NCBI GenBank assembly: GCA_964416205.1
Contig: CAYQDC010000004.1
Span: 1 to 55,856, forward strand
Direction of reading: 5' to 3'
Source of the DNA: an uncultured Acetobacter sp.
GTDB lineage: Bacteria > Pseudomonadota > Alphaproteobacteria > RF32 > CAG-239
Length of the DNA: 55,856 bases
Position 1 is the first letter of the stretch. The number at the start of each line of letters is the position of its first letter. Shown piece by piece: positions 35,490 through 46,463 of the stretch. Under the pieces are notes generated by a model, which was given only the letters and a program-made list of their open reading frames with translations, was not told the origin of the DNA and did no database searches. Both the position numbers and the translations under genes were made by a program.

Positions 35490-35606
35490 TATGTATCTCC
35501 AAAAAATATTCTGTTTAAATAAATGTTGATTATTATTGTTGGTATTATATCTTTTATTACAAAGTGTAAAGTACTAAACGTAACTTTTATTGAATGTGTG
35601 GTCTAT

Positions 35607-36152
35607 ATGGCAGATATAAATAAAATAATTTTGCTTGTCGGTCTTATCGGTAGTGGCAAGACTAGTGTCGGGAGGCGTCTGGCAAAAAAGCTTAATCTAC
35701 CTTTTGTTGATGGCGACCAGGAAATTGAAAAAGCTTCCGGATTGTCCGTTATTGATGTTTTTAAATATTTTGGCATGGAAGAATATCGTGCCGGAGAAGA
35801 ACGTATTATGAAGAGACTACTTTCTGGGCCTCCTTGTGTTTTGGCCTCCGGCGGCGGTTCTTTTGTTGCAGAACAAACTAGAAAACTAGCCCAAAAGACG
35901 GCTCTTACTATCTGGCTTAAAGCGGATATTGATGTCTTATATAACCGTACTGCTGGTCGAAAACGGCGTCCTTTTTTGCAATGCAGCGATTCTAAAATCA
36001 AAAGTAAACTGCAAACTTATATAAATGAGGAATATCCTTATTATTCTGAAGCTGATATTATAGTGGAGACAAAAAATGAAGCGGTTGAATATACTGTTAG
36101 CCGTGTGCTAGATGCCATTCAAACGTATCAGCAAGCTCATGAAAATATATAA
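35607..36152 (+). CDS. aroK: Shikimate kinase
   Basis: LVGLIGSGKTSVGRRLA, DGDQEIE, ASGGG, RPFL. ATG 35607 chosen over the track start 35523. Confidence 0.93.
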   Translation: MADINKIILLVGLIGSGKTSVGRRLAKKLNLPFVDGDQEIEKASGLSVIDVFKYFGMEEYRAGEERIMKRLLSGPPCVLASGGGSFVAEQTRKLAQKTALTIWLKADIDVLYNRTAGRKRRPFLQCSDSKIKSKLQTYINEEYPYYSEADIIVETKNEAVEYTVSRVLDAIQTYQQAHENI

Positions 36153-36167
36153 AAAAGAGGTATATAA

Positions 36168-36770
36168 ATGCTCAAATTTAAACAACTTATATTTGCCAGT
36201 CACAATCAGGGAAAGGTTGCTGAAATCAGGAAGCTTCTTACTCCTTACGGAATTGAAGTTTTATCGGCAGCTGATGTTAATATTCCTGATGTTGAAGAAA
36301 CGGGAAAAACATTTGAGGAAAATGCCTGTATTAAGGCTTTGGCTGCAGCGCGAATCCACAATCTTCCATGTATTGCTGATGATTCCGGTTTATGCGTTGA
36401 CGCAATCGGAGGTAAACCCGGTGTCTATACGGCAAGATATGCCCCTAACCGTGATTTTAATCTCGGCATGGATAAATTGTTAAAAGAATTGAACGAAACG
36501 AATCCGCAAAACAGGGCAGCTCATTTTTCCTGTGTGCTTGTAGTTGCCTATCCGAATGGTTCTTATAAATCTTTTGAAGGACGCGTGGATGGAAATATTG
36601 CTACCCAAAAGACCGGACATGCTGGTTTCGGCTATGATCCTATTTTTATTCCGACTGGCTATTCGCGCTCTTTTGCTGAGTTCGACAGCGAAGAAAAAAA
36701 TAAAATATCCCACCGTGGCAGGGCTTTGCAGAAATTTATTGATTATATAACGGAAGATGAAAAGGGCTAA
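36168..36770 (+). CDS. rdgB: dITP/XTP pyrophosphatase
   Basis: ASHNQGK, EETGKTFEENA, ADDSGL, GFGYDPIF, KNKISHR. Confidence 0.95.
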   Translation: MLKFKQLIFASHNQGKVAEIRKLLTPYGIEVLSAADVNIPDVEETGKTFEENACIKALAAARIHNLPCIADDSGLCVDAIGGKPGVYTARYAPNRDFNLGMDKLLKELNETNPQNRAAHFSCVLVVAYPNGSYKSFEGRVDGNIATQKTGHAGFGYDPIFIPTGYSRSFAEFDSEEKNKISHRGRALQKFIDYITEDEKG

Positions 36771-36776
36771 TTTTCG

Positions 36777-39707
36777 ATGGGGACGAGTTTTTCCTGCAAT
36801 CATACGGTTACTAATGTTTTTAATATCAGGAGCAGCATTCCTTTTTGGGATACGCTGGCAGAGCTTTATCTTCACAAGTATCACGACAACCTGTTAGCTT
36901 TGGCAAATGTCCTTTTTCTTCTTCCAAACCGGCGTTCATGCCAAATGTTGACAGCAGCTTTTGTTCGAAAACAAGGTCTCAAACCTACTATTCTTCCGCA
37001 AATGACCCCTATTAGTGAATTAGATGATGATGAAGTTTTTTTTAACGGCTTTAGTTATACTAAAATCTTTGATGAAGAGAGCCATCCTATCAGTAAAGAA
37101 GAACGTTTGTTTTTATTTATGCGTTTGATTATGTCAAAGCCTAATGATTTCGGCTTAAAGCGTTTGAATCTGGCGCAAGCTTATGCCTTGGCAAATGACC
37201 TGGCCACATTGATTGACGATGCCTGTAATCAGGGACTTTCTTTTGACCGTTTGCAAGATTTAGTTCCAGACAAATATGCTACCCATTGGCAGGAGACTTT
37301 AAAACTGCTTAAAATTATTACGGAATACTGGCCGCAAATTTTACAAGAACGGAATGCTATTGACAGATGTATGCTTAAAAATAAAATTTTATATCTGCAG
37401 GCTGATCTCTGGCAGGAAAAACCGACCATGCAAGACGTAGTTGCAGCTGGTATTACTGCAAGTTTTCCTGCAATTGTATCTTTATTGAAAAGCATTTTGA
37501 AACTTCCAAACGGCTCTATTTATTTTGCCTGCATTGACCGTTATGCTGATGATGACTATTGGACAGGTGTAGATGAGACACACCCTCTTTATGAAAATAA
37601 GATTTTACTTGAATTGTTAGGACTTTCTCCTGCTGCCATACAAGATATTTCAACTCCTGTTTATCCTTTACGTGAACAGCTTGTTTCAGAATTGATGCGC
37701 CCGGCTTCCGTTTCTTATATGTGGCGCTCTATATCAGAAAAAATATCTGTTGCAGAAGCTATTAACGGAATAACTTTTATCAATTGTGATTCTCAACGCG
37801 ATGAGGCTTTGGCCATAGCTTTAAAAATGCGTGCCGTTCTGGAGATTCCGGAAAAAACTGCGGCTCTTATTACTTATGACAGAAATCTGGCACGACGGGT
37901 TGCTGCCGAATTGATGCGTTTTGATATCGAAATTGATGATTCTGCTGGTATGCCTCTTAGCCTCTCTCAAGTCGGTATTTTTTTCAGGTTGATTGCGGAA
38001 GCTGCGGAAGACATTGAATCTGAAATAAAATTTGTTACATTATTAAAACATCCTTTTATGCTATGCCAACATGATGCTGCTTCTTTCAGGAAAGCTGTTT
38101 ATACTTATGAAACAGCTCTACGGACCCAGACAATTTCATCCTTATCAGAAAATATTTTATCACTTGTCTCCCGAATAAAGACACAACTTGATGCTTTTCG
38201 GCAATTTTTAATTTCTTCTTCTTATCAATTTGAAAATATCTTGGAAAAACATATTTGCCTGGCTGAAAACTTTGCTTCATCGAACACGGAAGCCGGCAGT
38301 AGATTGTTGTGGAAAGGTAATGCCGGAAGAACAGCTGCCAATTTTGTAACTAAAATTTTAACCAGAGCTGCCACTCTCGGCTCTATCGACGGAAAAGATT
38401 ATCTGCCATTGCTTACGGAAATGATGGGGGCGGAAAGTATCCGTTCAAATTACGGAACACATCCCCGGCTTAGCATTTTGGGACCGATTGAGGCGCGGCT
38501 TTGCCATTTTGATGTTGTTATACTCGGCGAATTTAACGAAGGAATCTGGCCTAAGGCGGTTGATGCAGATATGTGGATGTCTCGCCCAATGAAAAAAGAT
38601 TTCGGATTCAATTTGCCTGAAAAAAATATCGGCATTTTGGCTTCAGATCTATGTTGTTTTCTGGCTGCTCCCAGCGTCATTCTTACCCGTGCCAAACGTG
38701 TTGACGGAACACCAATGAAAAAATCGCGCTGGCTTCTTCGCATGGAAACTGTTTTGAAAGCTTCTGGTATGGATATTACGACTCTTAGCGATAACAGTAT
38801 TTATCAGTTTATCCACTCACTGGATATACCTGACCATCCTGCTCCAATCAAAGCGCCGGCGCCATGCCCACCTGTTTCATCCCGTCCCCGCAAACTGTCA
38901 GCCAGTGGTGTTGATTTATTGGTGCAAGATCCATACTCGGTGTATGCCAAATATATTTTGAAATTATATCCGCTTGATGATTTGGATAAAGAACCTGACC
39001 AGAGAGATTATGGAACTTTGATACATGGCATTATTGAAGATTTTAACACCATTTATCCTCAAGCTCTGCCTGAAAATGCTCTGGAAAAGCTTATTGCCAT
39101 TGGGCAAAAACATTTTGCTGATGCTGGACTGTCAAAAGATCTGGAGGCTTTTTGGTGGCCTAAATTTACCGATACAGCAGCATGGATTATTGAACAAGAA
39201 ACTGCTTATCGTTTAAATGTTGCGAAGATACATAATGAAATAAGTGGCGAAATTGTTTATCTATTGCCTGGCGGTGAATTTAAATTTACGGCAAAAGCAG
39301 ACAGATTAGATGAGCTTAAAAATGGAAACTTTAATATTTTAGATTATAAGACAGGAAAAATTCCCAGTAAAAAACAGATTATGAGCGGACATGCCTTGCA
39401 ACTTCCTCTTGAAGGTCTTATTGCTACCAAAGGGAAATTTACCGGTTTGAACAACACTGCTGTTCAAAATATGATATACTGGCAATTGGGAGTCTCAGCT
39501 TTGTCTTTTTCCCCAAAAGAAGCAGATATCTTAGAAAAAAGTGAAAATTATCTCCTCGAACTGATAACAACATTTGATTTTGAAACAACACCTTACCATT
39601 CGCGTCCTGTTCCCAAATTTGTACCCAAGAATAAAGATTACGAACATCTGGCTCGTATTAAAGAATGGTCTATTCAAGAAGACGGAGAAAACGGCGATGA
39701 CGAATAA
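36777..39707 (+). CDS. addB: Double-strand break repair protein AddB
   Basis: LLPNRR, DRNLARRV, ILGPIEARL, DPYSVYAKYIL, KADRLD...DYKTG, DYEHLAR. Confidence 0.93.
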   Translation: MGTSFSCNHTVTNVFNIRSSIPFWDTLAELYLHKYHDNLLALANVLFLLPNRRSCQMLTAAFVRKQGLKPTILPQMTPISELDDDEVFFNGFSYTKIFDEESHPISKEERLFLFMRLIMSKPNDFGLKRLNLAQAYALANDLATLIDDACNQGLSFDRLQDLVPDKYATHWQETLKLLKIITEYWPQILQERNAIDRCMLKNKILYLQADLWQEKPTMQDVVAAGITASFPAIVSLLKSILKLPNGSIYFACIDRYADDDYWTGVDETHPLYENKILLELLGLSPAAIQDISTPVYPLREQLVSELMRPASVSYMWRSISEKISVAEAINGITFINCDSQRDEALAIALKMRAVLEIPEKTAALITYDRNLARRVAAELMRFDIEIDDSAGMPLSLSQVGIFFRLIAEAAEDIESEIKFVTLLKHPFMLCQHDAASFRKAVYTYETALRTQTISSLSENILSLVSRIKTQLDAFRQFLISSSYQFENILEKHICLAENFASSNTEAGSRLLWKGNAGRTAANFVTKILTRAATLGSIDGKDYLPLLTEMMGAESIRSNYGTHPRLSILGPIEARLCHFDVVILGEFNEGIWPKAVDADMWMSRPMKKDFGFNLPEKNIGILASDLCCFLAAPSVILTRAKRVDGTPMKKSRWLLRMETVLKASGMDITTLSDNSIYQFIHSLDIPDHPAPIKAPAPCPPVSSRPRKLSASGVDLLVQDPYSVYAKYILKLYPLDDLDKEPDQRDYGTLIHGIIEDFNTIYPQALPENALEKLIAIGQKHFADAGLSKDLEAFWWPKFTDTAAWIIEQETAYRLNVAKIHNEISGEIVYLLPGGEFKFTAKADRLDELKNGNFNILDYKTGKIPSKKQIMSGHALQLPLEGLIATKGKFTGLNNTAVQNMIYWQLGVSALSFSPKEADILEKSENYLLELITTFDFETTPYHSRPVPKFVPKNKDYEHLARIKEWSIQEDGENGDDE

Positions 39708-42700
39708 AATGGAAACTTTAAGAAATAAGTTATCAAATTTAGCTACTTTCCAACAGTCTGAGGCTGCGAATCCTGAAAATTCCGTATGGGTAGAAGCTTC
39801 GGCGGGAACTGGAAAAACCAAAGTTTTGTCTGACCGAGTTCTTCGCCTGTTGCTGGCAAAAGTTAATCCGTCTAAAATTTTGTGTCTTACTTATACAAAA
39901 GCAGCAGCTGTGCAAATGAATGAGCGAATCGCCGAAAGGCTGAGTTCTTGGGCTGTGGAAGATGAAGATAATCTTAAAAAGGAACTGAGTATGCTGCTCG
40001 GCAAAAAATTTGCCGATTGCGATACTGAAAAACTGTTAAGTTTTGCACGTACTTTATTTGCAAGTTTACTTGATACACCAGGCGGTATGAAAATCCAGAC
40101 TATCCATAGTTTTTGCCAAGATATTTTAAAACGTTTTCCTCTTGAGGCTGGTGTTTCTCCGTATTTTAACGTTATGGATGATCGAAATTCCAAAGAAATC
40201 TTGCAAAACATTAAAGTTGATCTGCTAAAATCGGTCGACATCGGTAGCAATCCGGCTTTAACCAAGTCTTTATCTTATCTCACGCGAATCGTCAGTGAGT
40301 ACAAATTTCCGGAAATTCTGAATATGATTACGATAAATCGTAACCGAATCGATCTCCTGCTGAAAAAGCACAATAATAATATTCCGAATATTGTGAGCAT
40401 ATTGCAAAATAATCTCGGCCTCAAAGAGGGAGATACGGAAGAAAGCATTAAAGCCAATTTTTTTGAACATATTGATCAAGCCTTATTTAAACGAGCCACA
40501 GCAGCTTTTGCCGGCGGTGGTAAAGAAGATATAAGCCGAGCTGATATTTTTGCCCGTATTTCTGCCAATTGTTTTGCACCTGTGGATTATTCTCTTTATA
40601 AAGATATTTTTCTCACCGACTCTGGGATGATAAGGAAAAGATTGGCCGGGAAAAAAGTTATCAAGGCCATGCCGGAAATTCTTGATTTTATGAATAATGA
40701 AGCCATTCGAGTACAGAAAACTGAAAAATTATTGTCTTCTTTAAGAGTTTTGCAAACAACACAAGCCATACTTTATATTGCTCAAAGTATTATAACCAGA
40801 TATTGTGATTATAAAGAAACATTTGCAGCTTTAGATTATGATGATTTGATTATTATTACCAGACAATTGTTAGAGAATACATCCGTAGCCGATTGGGTTT
40901 TGTTTAAACTAGATGGTGGTATTGATCATATTTTAATAGATGAAGCACAAGATACATCGCCCAATCAATGGGCTATCGTTAAAGCCATAACACAAGAATT
41001 TTTTGCCGGCAGTGGCAGTCAAGAAGACAGTACTCTTAAGAGGACGATATTTGTTGTTGGTGACAGAAAACAATCCATTTACAGCTTTCAAGGTGCTGAT
41101 CCCAATGAATTTGACAGAATGTATCGTTATTTTGCACAAAAGAGCCAAGATTTTTGCAAAGTTCATCTTGATGTTTCGTTTCGTTCCACAAAGGCTGTTA
41201 TGGATTGTGTTAACACGCTTTTTAATATTGATACGGCTAAAAAAGGTGTTGTTCCTGATGGAGAATGTATGAATCACCGCCCTTTTCGGGTTGGCGATGG
41301 TGGAAAAGTTGAAATATGGCCGTTATTGGTGCCAGAAGATGCTCCGCAAAATGATTCTTACAACTGGCGTATTCCTATTGAGCGTGAACAAAGGTCTTCC
41401 GTTTCTAACACGCTTGCCAGACAAATTGCATTAAATATAAAAAAAATGGTTGAAAACAAAGATATGCTTGTATCTAAAAACAGACCTGTCCAATACGGTG
41501 ATTTTATGTTTCTGGTGCAACAACGTAAAACCTTTGTTGAAGAGTTTGTACGTGCTTGCAAAGATATCGGCGTTAAAGTGGCTGGGGTTGACAAATTGAA
41601 ACTGTTGGATCAAATCGCTGTGCAGGATCTTATTTCACTTGGTAAGTTTCTTCTTTTGCCGACTGATGATCTGTCGTTAGCTGAGGTTTTAAAGTCACCA
41701 ATTTTTGGTCTTAATGATGATGATTTATTTGTTTTATGTCATCATCGTTCAACTTCCCTTTTTAATAGTGTTTTGGTGCATGATCACTATGCTGAAACGG
41801 CTGAACAATTGAAAAATTTGCTAAATCTTTCAGGTTTTTACCGGCCATTTGAGCTTTTTAATACCATTTTTGTTAAATTAGATGGCAGAAAGAAATTTAT
41901 TGCCCGGATGGGAAATGAGGTGGAAGACGTTTTAGATGAATTTCTTAATTTGACCTTGATTTTTGAACAAGATCATACGCCTTCTCTTGAAGCTTTTATC
42001 AATTGGATTTTGCAAGATGAAATAATTATTCAAAAAGAAATGGAACAAGGTAGCAATGACACGGTTAAAATAATGACTGTTCACGGTTCTAAGGGGCTAC
42101 AGGCACCGATTGTTATTTTGGCAGATACGGTTAAAATTAAAAATAAAGCAAAAACAAGTGACTTTTTATGGGATAATGATAATTTATTTTATTTTCCTCC
42201 AGATGCCTCTAGCTATGATGACGTTTGCACCTGTCTCAAGGAAAAATGTTTGGAAGCTGATTTTGACGAATATCGCCGGTTATTGTATGTAGCGCTTACC
42301 AGAGCCGAAGACAGGCTTTATATTGCCGGGTTTTCCAAAACAAAGGATGCAGATGAACAATCATGGTACAAATTATTATCCAACAATATATCCTCTAATG
42401 TTATACTTCCAGACAGTGATAAGCGTATTATTTATGATATTCCACAGACTACAGATATTAAAGTTATAAATAATACTGATATTTTTGTCGGTAAAGCGGA
42501 AGATTACTCATTTTTGATGACACCTGCACCTGCAGAAATGCCTCTAGCTAAACCCTATGCTCCATCAAAAGACGAAACGGATGAGGTTGATATAATTGCT
42601 TCCCCTCTGACAGAGCATGGTCATTTTTATCGGCGTGGCACTGTTATTCACCGCCTACTCCAATATGTGGGGACTATGGATACTGAGTTGCGCGAATCGG

Positions 42701-43080
42701 CTGCTTATACTTTTCTAAAGAAGTATCTCCCCGATTTTTCCGCAAATGACATAGCCGATATTGTTGCTGAAGTTGTAAGCCTATGTCTGCGTTATCCAGA
42801 GGTTTTTTCTCATGAATCACGGGCAGAAGTTTCTGTCATCGGAAAAGTTGATGGGAAAATCATGTCGGCAAAAATTGACCGACTAATTGTTTTGCAAAAG
42901 AAAGTTATTATTGTTGACTACAAAACAAACAGACCTGCGGCTCAAACAATGGCTGATGTTCCTGCTATTTATCTTAAACAAATGAGCGACTATAAAAAAC
43001 TTATGCAATATATTTATCCAGAAAAAGAAATAGAAACTTACTTGCTGTGGACTAATACTTGTAATATGATGAAAGTTTAA
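39697..43080 (+). CDS. addA: Double-strand break repair helicase/nuclease AddA
   Basis: ASAGTGKT, LTYTKAAA, QTIHSF, IDEAQD, VGDRKQSIY, MTVHGSKGL, LLYVALTRA, IDRL...DYKT; ATG 39697 overlaps the addB end. Confidence 0.95.
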   Translation: MTNKMETLRNKLSNLATFQQSEAANPENSVWVEASAGTGKTKVLSDRVLRLLLAKVNPSKILCLTYTKAAAVQMNERIAERLSSWAVEDEDNLKKELSMLLGKKFADCDTEKLLSFARTLFASLLDTPGGMKIQTIHSFCQDILKRFPLEAGVSPYFNVMDDRNSKEILQNIKVDLLKSVDIGSNPALTKSLSYLTRIVSEYKFPEILNMITINRNRIDLLLKKHNNNIPNIVSILQNNLGLKEGDTEESIKANFFEHIDQALFKRATAAFAGGGKEDISRADIFARISANCFAPVDYSLYKDIFLTDSGMIRKRLAGKKVIKAMPEILDFMNNEAIRVQKTEKLLSSLRVLQTTQAILYIAQSIITRYCDYKETFAALDYDDLIIITRQLLENTSVADWVLFKLDGGIDHILIDEAQDTSPNQWAIVKAITQEFFAGSGSQEDSTLKRTIFVVGDRKQSIYSFQGADPNEFDRMYRYFAQKSQDFCKVHLDVSFRSTKAVMDCVNTLFNIDTAKKGVVPDGECMNHRPFRVGDGGKVEIWPLLVPEDAPQNDSYNWRIPIEREQRSSVSNTLARQIALNIKKMVENKDMLVSKNRPVQYGDFMFLVQQRKTFVEEFVRACKDIGVKVAGVDKLKLLDQIAVQDLISLGKFLLLPTDDLSLAEVLKSPIFGLNDDDLFVLCHHRSTSLFNSVLVHDHYAETAEQLKNLLNLSGFYRPFELFNTIFVKLDGRKKFIARMGNEVEDVLDEFLNLTLIFEQDHTPSLEAFINWILQDEIIIQKEMEQGSNDTVKIMTVHGSKGLQAPIVILADTVKIKNKAKTSDFLWDNDNLFYFPPDASSYDDVCTCLKEKCLEADFDEYRRLLYVALTRAEDRLYIAGFSKTKDADEQSWYKLLSNNISSNVILPDSDKRIIYDIPQTTDIKVINNTDIFVGKAEDYSFLMTPAPAEMPLAKPYAPSKDETDEVDIIASPLTEHGHFYRRGTVIHRLLQYVGTMDTELRESAAYTFLKKYLPDFSANDIADIVAEVVSLCLRYPEVFSHESRAEVSVIGKVDGKIMSAKIDRLIVLQKKVIIVDYKTNRPAAQTMADVPAIYLKQMSDYKKLMQYIYPEKEIETYLLWTNTCNMMKV

Positions 43081-43169
43081 AAATTTTAGCTTATTATGGG
43101 TCAATCTTCGATGTTAGAAAAAATTAGCTTATATTCACTAAATATAATTTAGAAAAGAAAGGGAAGACA

Positions 43170-43484
43170 ATGCTAGCTATTAACGACAGTCAATTTGAAA
43201 ATGAAGTTTTGAATGCCAAAGGACTTGTTTTGGTAGATTTTTGGGCTGAATGGTGTGGTCCTTGTCGTCAGCTTGGTCCTGTTTTAGAAGAAGTTTCTAA
43301 GGTGTTTGGCGATAAAGTGAAAATTTGTAAAATTAATGTTGACGAGTCTCCTGCCATTGCCGCTAACTATGAAGTCAGAAGTATTCCAACTTTATTTTTA
43401 TTTAGAGACGGGGTAAAAATTGATACTAAGGTTGGTTTTAATTCTCAGGCATCCTTAGAAGGCTGGCTTAATACATATTTATAA
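43170..43484 (+). CDS. trxA: Thioredoxin
   Basis: DFWAEWCGPC; follows addA. Confidence 0.96.
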   Translation: MLAINDSQFENEVLNAKGLVLVDFWAEWCGPCRQLGPVLEEVSKVFGDKVKICKINVDESPAIAANYEVRSIPTLFLFRDGVKIDTKVGFNSQASLEGWLNTYL

Positions 43485-43502
43485 GGTTTTCTGTAAAAGT
43501 AT

Positions 43503-43528
43503 AAAGGTGAGGGTTCCCTCTCTTTTTT
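43503..43528 (+). terminator. Probable intrinsic terminator after trxA
   Basis: aaaggtGAGGG-tt-CCCTCtctttttt hairpin plus T-tract. Confidence 0.5.
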
Positions 43529-43650
43529 ATGTTTTCGGTCTAATACTTTGCCAGATAGAATATAAAATAAAAGGAAGCTAATTTGCCTCCTTTTATTTTT
43601 TCCGTGCTTTTTAGTAACCACAGCGGAACACATATTTTCGTATGTGCGAG

Positions 43651-45015
43651 TTATAAGGGAATAGAAATGAGTACCCTCAAGCCTCCTAATTCGCTATCGG
43701 TTAATTCTATTTTACCACCATGAGATGTAATAATATCACGAGCAATGGATAACCCTAATCCGACTCCGCCGGTTTCCTTGTTGCGGGATTCATCTAACCG
43801 GTAAAAAGCCTTAAAGACATCTTCCCTTTTATCCGGTGGAATTCCTGGCCCGTCGTCATCTACAGTAATTTCCATTTTTTTGTTATTGCTTTCAAGGGCA
43901 ACGGCTATGTTCTTTCCATAGTTAAAGGCATTGGCAACAATGTTCGTAATGGCTCGCTTTAAGGCTTGTTCACGCCCCTGAATCGCACTGACCTGATCAT
44001 TGGTGGAATATCTTATCATGGCTTTTGTATTCCGAAATTTATTAATAATACTCAGAATCAGTTCATTCATATCAATAAATGTATTCTTTTCTCCATCTTC
44101 TCCCGAAATAAATGCCAAATATCCATCCAACATTTTTTCCATTTCACTGATGTCATCAATAAATTCTTTGTTTTCCGGATTATCTGGTAGCATGGCTAAT
44201 TGAAGCTTCATCCTGGTCAGGGGGGTTCTCAGATCATGTGAAACGCCTGCTAGCATTTGCGTCCGTTCTGAAATCTGCTTTTGAATGCGTTCCTTCATTT
44301 TGATAAAGGCTAAACCAGCTTTGCGAACCTCCAAAGACCCGTAGGGCTTAAACGGCGTATTGATGCCTTTTCCGAAATCCTCGGCAACCTGAGCCAACGT
44401 GGCAATAGAGCGAACCTGAACACGCAAAAACAGCGTTGCAACAAGAAATAACAGCAATGAAGTTCCAACCATCCAGGCAACAAAACCAAAAATAGACGTA
44501 CTGAAAATATTTTTTGTTGAAGCTGTAAACCGATATAATCCGTTAGATGTTTCTACTAAAATAATGACATCATCCCTGCCATTTGCCAAATATACCGAAG
44601 TAATAGCATTTTGGAAACGTTCGTGCAGAGATTTTTCCAAAAATCCTGTTACTATCTTGTAGTCTTTGCCATAATGCGTATTTGCCTTAACGGCTAATTG
44701 CTCGTCTTCGGCAATCAATTCCACTTTTATACCATAATTTTTGTTATATATTTTTTGAATTTCTGCCAATCTATCTGGGTTTTCCATTGTTATTTCTATT
44801 GCTGTTGCAACATTGTTTGACAGATTATTTGATAATCTGCGTCCGACTTTTTCCCAGTTTCCGTTAAAAAATGCCATAACTGATATGATCTGTACCAATA
44901 TCAAGGGGATAAAAATCATCAGCATTGTTCTAAAAAACAAAGTATTCGGAAATATTTTAAGCTTTATGTACTGCAGCACCCTGTCTATCTTTTCTGGGAA
45001 TTTTATATGCATCAT
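43651..45015 (-). CDS. envZ: EnvZ-like sensor histidine kinase
   Basis: Two TMs, HAMP, GVSHDLRTPL, NAFNYG, DDDGPG, GGVGLGL. Confidence 0.85.
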   Translation of the reverse strand: MMHIKFPEKIDRVLQYIKLKIFPNTLFFRTMLMIFIPLILVQIISVMAFFNGNWEKVGRRLSNNLSNNVATAIEITMENPDRLAEIQKIYNKNYGIKVELIAEDEQLAVKANTHYGKDYKIVTGFLEKSLHERFQNAITSVYLANGRDDVIILVETSNGLYRFTASTKNIFSTSIFGFVAWMVGTSLLLFLVATLFLRVQVRSIATLAQVAEDFGKGINTPFKPYGSLEVRKAGLAFIKMKERIQKQISERTQMLAGVSHDLRTPLTRMKLQLAMLPDNPENKEFIDDISEMEKMLDGYLAFISGEDGEKNTFIDMNELILSIINKFRNTKAMIRYSTNDQVSAIQGREQALKRAITNIVANAFNYGKNIAVALESNNKKMEITVDDDGPGIPPDKREDVFKAFYRLDESRNKETGGVGLGLSIARDIITSHGGKIELTDSELGGLRVLISIPL

Positions 45016-45024
45016 GTTCTCCTT

Positions 45025-45714
45025 TTATTCTGAAATTAACATATATCCTTTACCACGTACTGTTTGCAGATAACGCGGATTTTTCGTATCTATTTCTATT
45101 TTTTTTCTTAATCTGGTAATTTGAACATCAACAGTTCTTAAATTACCTCCGACACCTAATATTTCAGCCAATTCCTCCCGGGTATGCACCTCTCCGTTTT
45201 TTTTACCCAATACATTTAACAAAGTTCTTTCAACCGGAGTCATATGGATAATTTTGTTCTCTCCATCCTTTAACTCTCCGGTTTCCATGTCATAAGTTAT
45301 ATGATGAAATATCAACCTGGACTGCATTTCATTTATTGCCGTAGTTCTTTTTAATATGTTGCTTATACGCAATACCAGTTCTTTAGGTTCAAATGGTTTG
45401 GCAATATAATCATCGGCTCCTGTTTCTAAACCGGCAATCCTGTCTGCCGTTTCACCCATAGCCGTTAACAGTATCACCGGTGTATTATTTCCGGCTAATC
45501 TGATTTTTTGTAAAAACTCTATTCCGGTTATTCCGGGCATCATAATATCCGCAACAATGATATCAAATTGGTAGATATTTAAAAAACTTTCAGCTTCTGC
45601 AGCATCTTTTGCTGCAGAAACCAAAAATCCCCGTTCTCTTAAATATCTTTGCAAAAGGCTGCGCAGACGCGTATCATCATCAACCGCCAAGATATGTTTT
45701 TTGACGTCCGGCAT
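45025..45714 (-). CDS. ompR: OmpR-family response regulator
   Basis: VDDD, DIMMPG, KPFEPKEL, RTVDVQITRLRKKIE, TVRGKGY. Confidence 0.85.
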   Translation of the reverse strand: MPDVKKHILAVDDDTRLRSLLQRYLRERGFLVSAAKDAAEAESFLNIYQFDIIVADIMMPGITGIEFLQKIRLAGNNTPVILLTAMGETADRIAGLETGADDYIAKPFEPKELVLRISNILKRTTAINEMQSRLIFHHITYDMETGELKDGENKIIHMTPVERTLLNVLGKKNGEVHTREELAEILGVGGNLRTVDVQITRLRKKIEIDTKNPRYLQTVRGKGYMLISE

Positions 45715-45722
45715 TTTGTTCC

Positions 45723-46400
45723 TTATTTTTTCTTTGATTTTATCTTATTGTTTTTTTTTGTAATTTCAGCAATCGATTTTATCGGCTTTTTCTCTTTTGC
45801 AACAATTTCTTTCTTTGATGCTTTATTATCGTTCTGTTCCTTTTTTATTGCATTTTGTTCGTTTTTTATATAGGCAAGGCTCTTTTCAAAATACTGATAT
45901 CCGGTCCAAAAAGTAAGGCCGCCGGCAATCCACAGCAGGATTTCACCAATGCCACCCCATATCCACCAGCCTCTGAAAAACAGCATAGACAGAGCCGTCA
46001 TCTGAAACCCTGTTTTCCATTTTGCCAGCTGCGTTACTGGTAATCCGACATTTACTTCCCGCAAGAACTCACGCAATCCTGATACAAGCAGTTCCCGGCA
46101 TAAAATAATGAATACAGGTATGATACTTATTTCATATATCATGCCAGGCTTAGCTAATATTACCACCAAAGCCGTGGCAACCAGTAATTTATCGGCAATC
46201 GGATCCAACAGTCGCCCTAAAGAAGACACCTGCCCGCGTGCACGTGCCAGCTTGCCATCATAGTAATCTGTTACAGATGCTGCTATAAATAAAATTCCAG
46301 CGAAATAATTGAAATAGAGGCCTTTAAAAAATACAGACAAGAAAATCAGTGGAATGACTGCTATTCTTGAAATCGTAAGCAAATTTGGCAAATTATACAC
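45723..46400 (-). CDS. pgsA: CDP-diacylglycerol--glycerol-3-phosphate 3-phosphatidyltransferase with a Lys-rich tail
   Basis: NLPNLLTISR, TDYYDGKLAR...GRLLDPIADK, AKWKT; follows uvrC. Confidence 0.95.
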   Translation of the reverse strand: MYNLPNLLTISRIAVIPLIFLSVFFKGLYFNYFAGILFIAASVTDYYDGKLARARGQVSSLGRLLDPIADKLLVATALVVILAKPGMIYEISIIPVFIILCRELLVSGLREFLREVNVGLPVTQLAKWKTGFQMTALSMLFFRGWWIWGGIGEILLWIAGGLTFWTGYQYFEKSLAYIKNEQNAIKKEQNDNKASKKEIVAKEKKPIKSIAEITKKNNKIKSKKK

Positions 46401-46463
46401 GATTTTATCCTTTCCAATAATTTTACGTTTAAAAAGCTTTTATTTGTATTATAGACTTTTTTT

